The notes below the pieces were generated by a model. The model was given only the letters and a program-made list of their open reading frames with translations. It did no database searches and was not told where the DNA came from. The position numbers were made by a program, and so were the translations under genes. Shown here in pieces: positions 63,480 through 64,000 of a stretch of 64,000 bases of DNA (its first letter is position 1; the number at the start of each line of letters is the position of its first letter). This DNA comes from a virus (lineage: Duplodnaviria; Caudoviricetes): IMG/VR virus record IMGVR_UViG_3300024219_000003, positions 1,300 through 65,299 of that record; one strand, given 5' to 3'.

Positions 63480-63644
63480 ATGAGACGGAAACGGTTGCCG
63501 AGATGGGTTGGGGTTAGGGTTAGCGAGGCTGATTGGGCTTGGCTTGTGGCGGAGGGTGATCGTCGGGAGATGTCGCTTGCGGAGGTAGTACGCGACGTTT
63601 TGTCGCAGGCTCGGGCGGGAGCTGGCGGGGAGAAGGCGGCGTGA
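63480..63644 (+). CDS. ribbon-helix-helix-like regulator
   Basis: VGVRVSEADWAWL...MSLAEVVRDVL. Confidence 0.65.
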   Translation: MRRKRLPRWVGVRVSEADWAWLVAEGDRREMSLAEVVRDVLSQARAGAGGEKAA

Positions 63645-64000
63645 GCGACGCGGGTCGGAACGAGCATTTGTATCAGGAGGCGGTGAAGAACGTTCGTGGG
63701 CGTGGGAGTGCGGCGGATTGGTATGGGCTGGGGTGTTTGTTGATGGGGATGGGTCGGGGAGCGTTGGGGTCGGCGGCGGGATGTTTTGCGCGGTGTGTAG
63801 AGTTGGAGCCTGGGGTGTTTCGGGGTTGGGCGAACTTGGGGTGGTGTTTGCATTTGGGGGGTCGGAGCAAGGAGGGGGCGTGGGCGTTGCGGAAGGCGCT
63901 GGATGTGGAGCCGGGAGAAGGGAAGCCGCATGCGTTGTTGTCTCAGATTGAGCTGCTGATGGGGATGGGTGGCATTGCCATCGCCGAGGCGAGGGATGCG
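63641..64000 (+). CDS. TPR-repeat protein (truncated by window end)
   Basis: WYGLG.LL...AAGCFARCVELEP...WANLG..L...ALRKALDVEP. Confidence 0.75.
   Translation, partial: MSDAGRNEHLYQEAVKNVRGRGSAADWYGLGCLLMGMGRGALGSAAGCFARCVELEPGVFRGWANLGWCLHLGGRSKEGAWALRKALDVEPGEGKPHALLSQIELLMGMGGIAIAEARDA

Noticed and set aside
63641-64000. Circular join of the TPR ORF into position 1
   Set aside because: The frame stays open to 108, but there is no terminal overlap and the window length is arbitrary; cannot be supported

Overview
The whole window is bacteriophage DNA with no recognisable host genes. It looks like most of a roughly 64+ kb podovirus-like genome; a GapR-like gene suggests an alphaproteobacterial host. 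Late region (+ strand, 63.5 kb to the end and 0.1-39.4 kb): a TPR/glycosyltransferase/sugar-modifying cluster, intein-containing terminase, portal, scaffold, major capsid flanked by two antisense homing endonucleases, three paralogous adaptor genes, nozzle, ejection proteins, five consecutive signal-peptide-bearing proteins (including the fibre-like ones), a lysis cassette and tRNA-Thr. Early region (39.4-63.3 kb): small accessory ORFs, a Cro-like gene with three operators, a Cre-like tyrosine recombinase, nucleases, SSB and primase-helicase. Main finding: about 26 copies of a dif-like pseudo-palindrome (core C-Y-N-W-D-A-A, 6 variable bases, T-T-H-W-N-R-G) sit almost exclusively at junctions between the small accessory ORFs. 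They form two arrays of mostly single-gene units, one ending just upstream of a tRNA-like RNA candidate and the recombinase. This suggests a phage gene-cassette shuffling system, which is an inference and untested. All family assignments are by eye from motifs; no searches were run.
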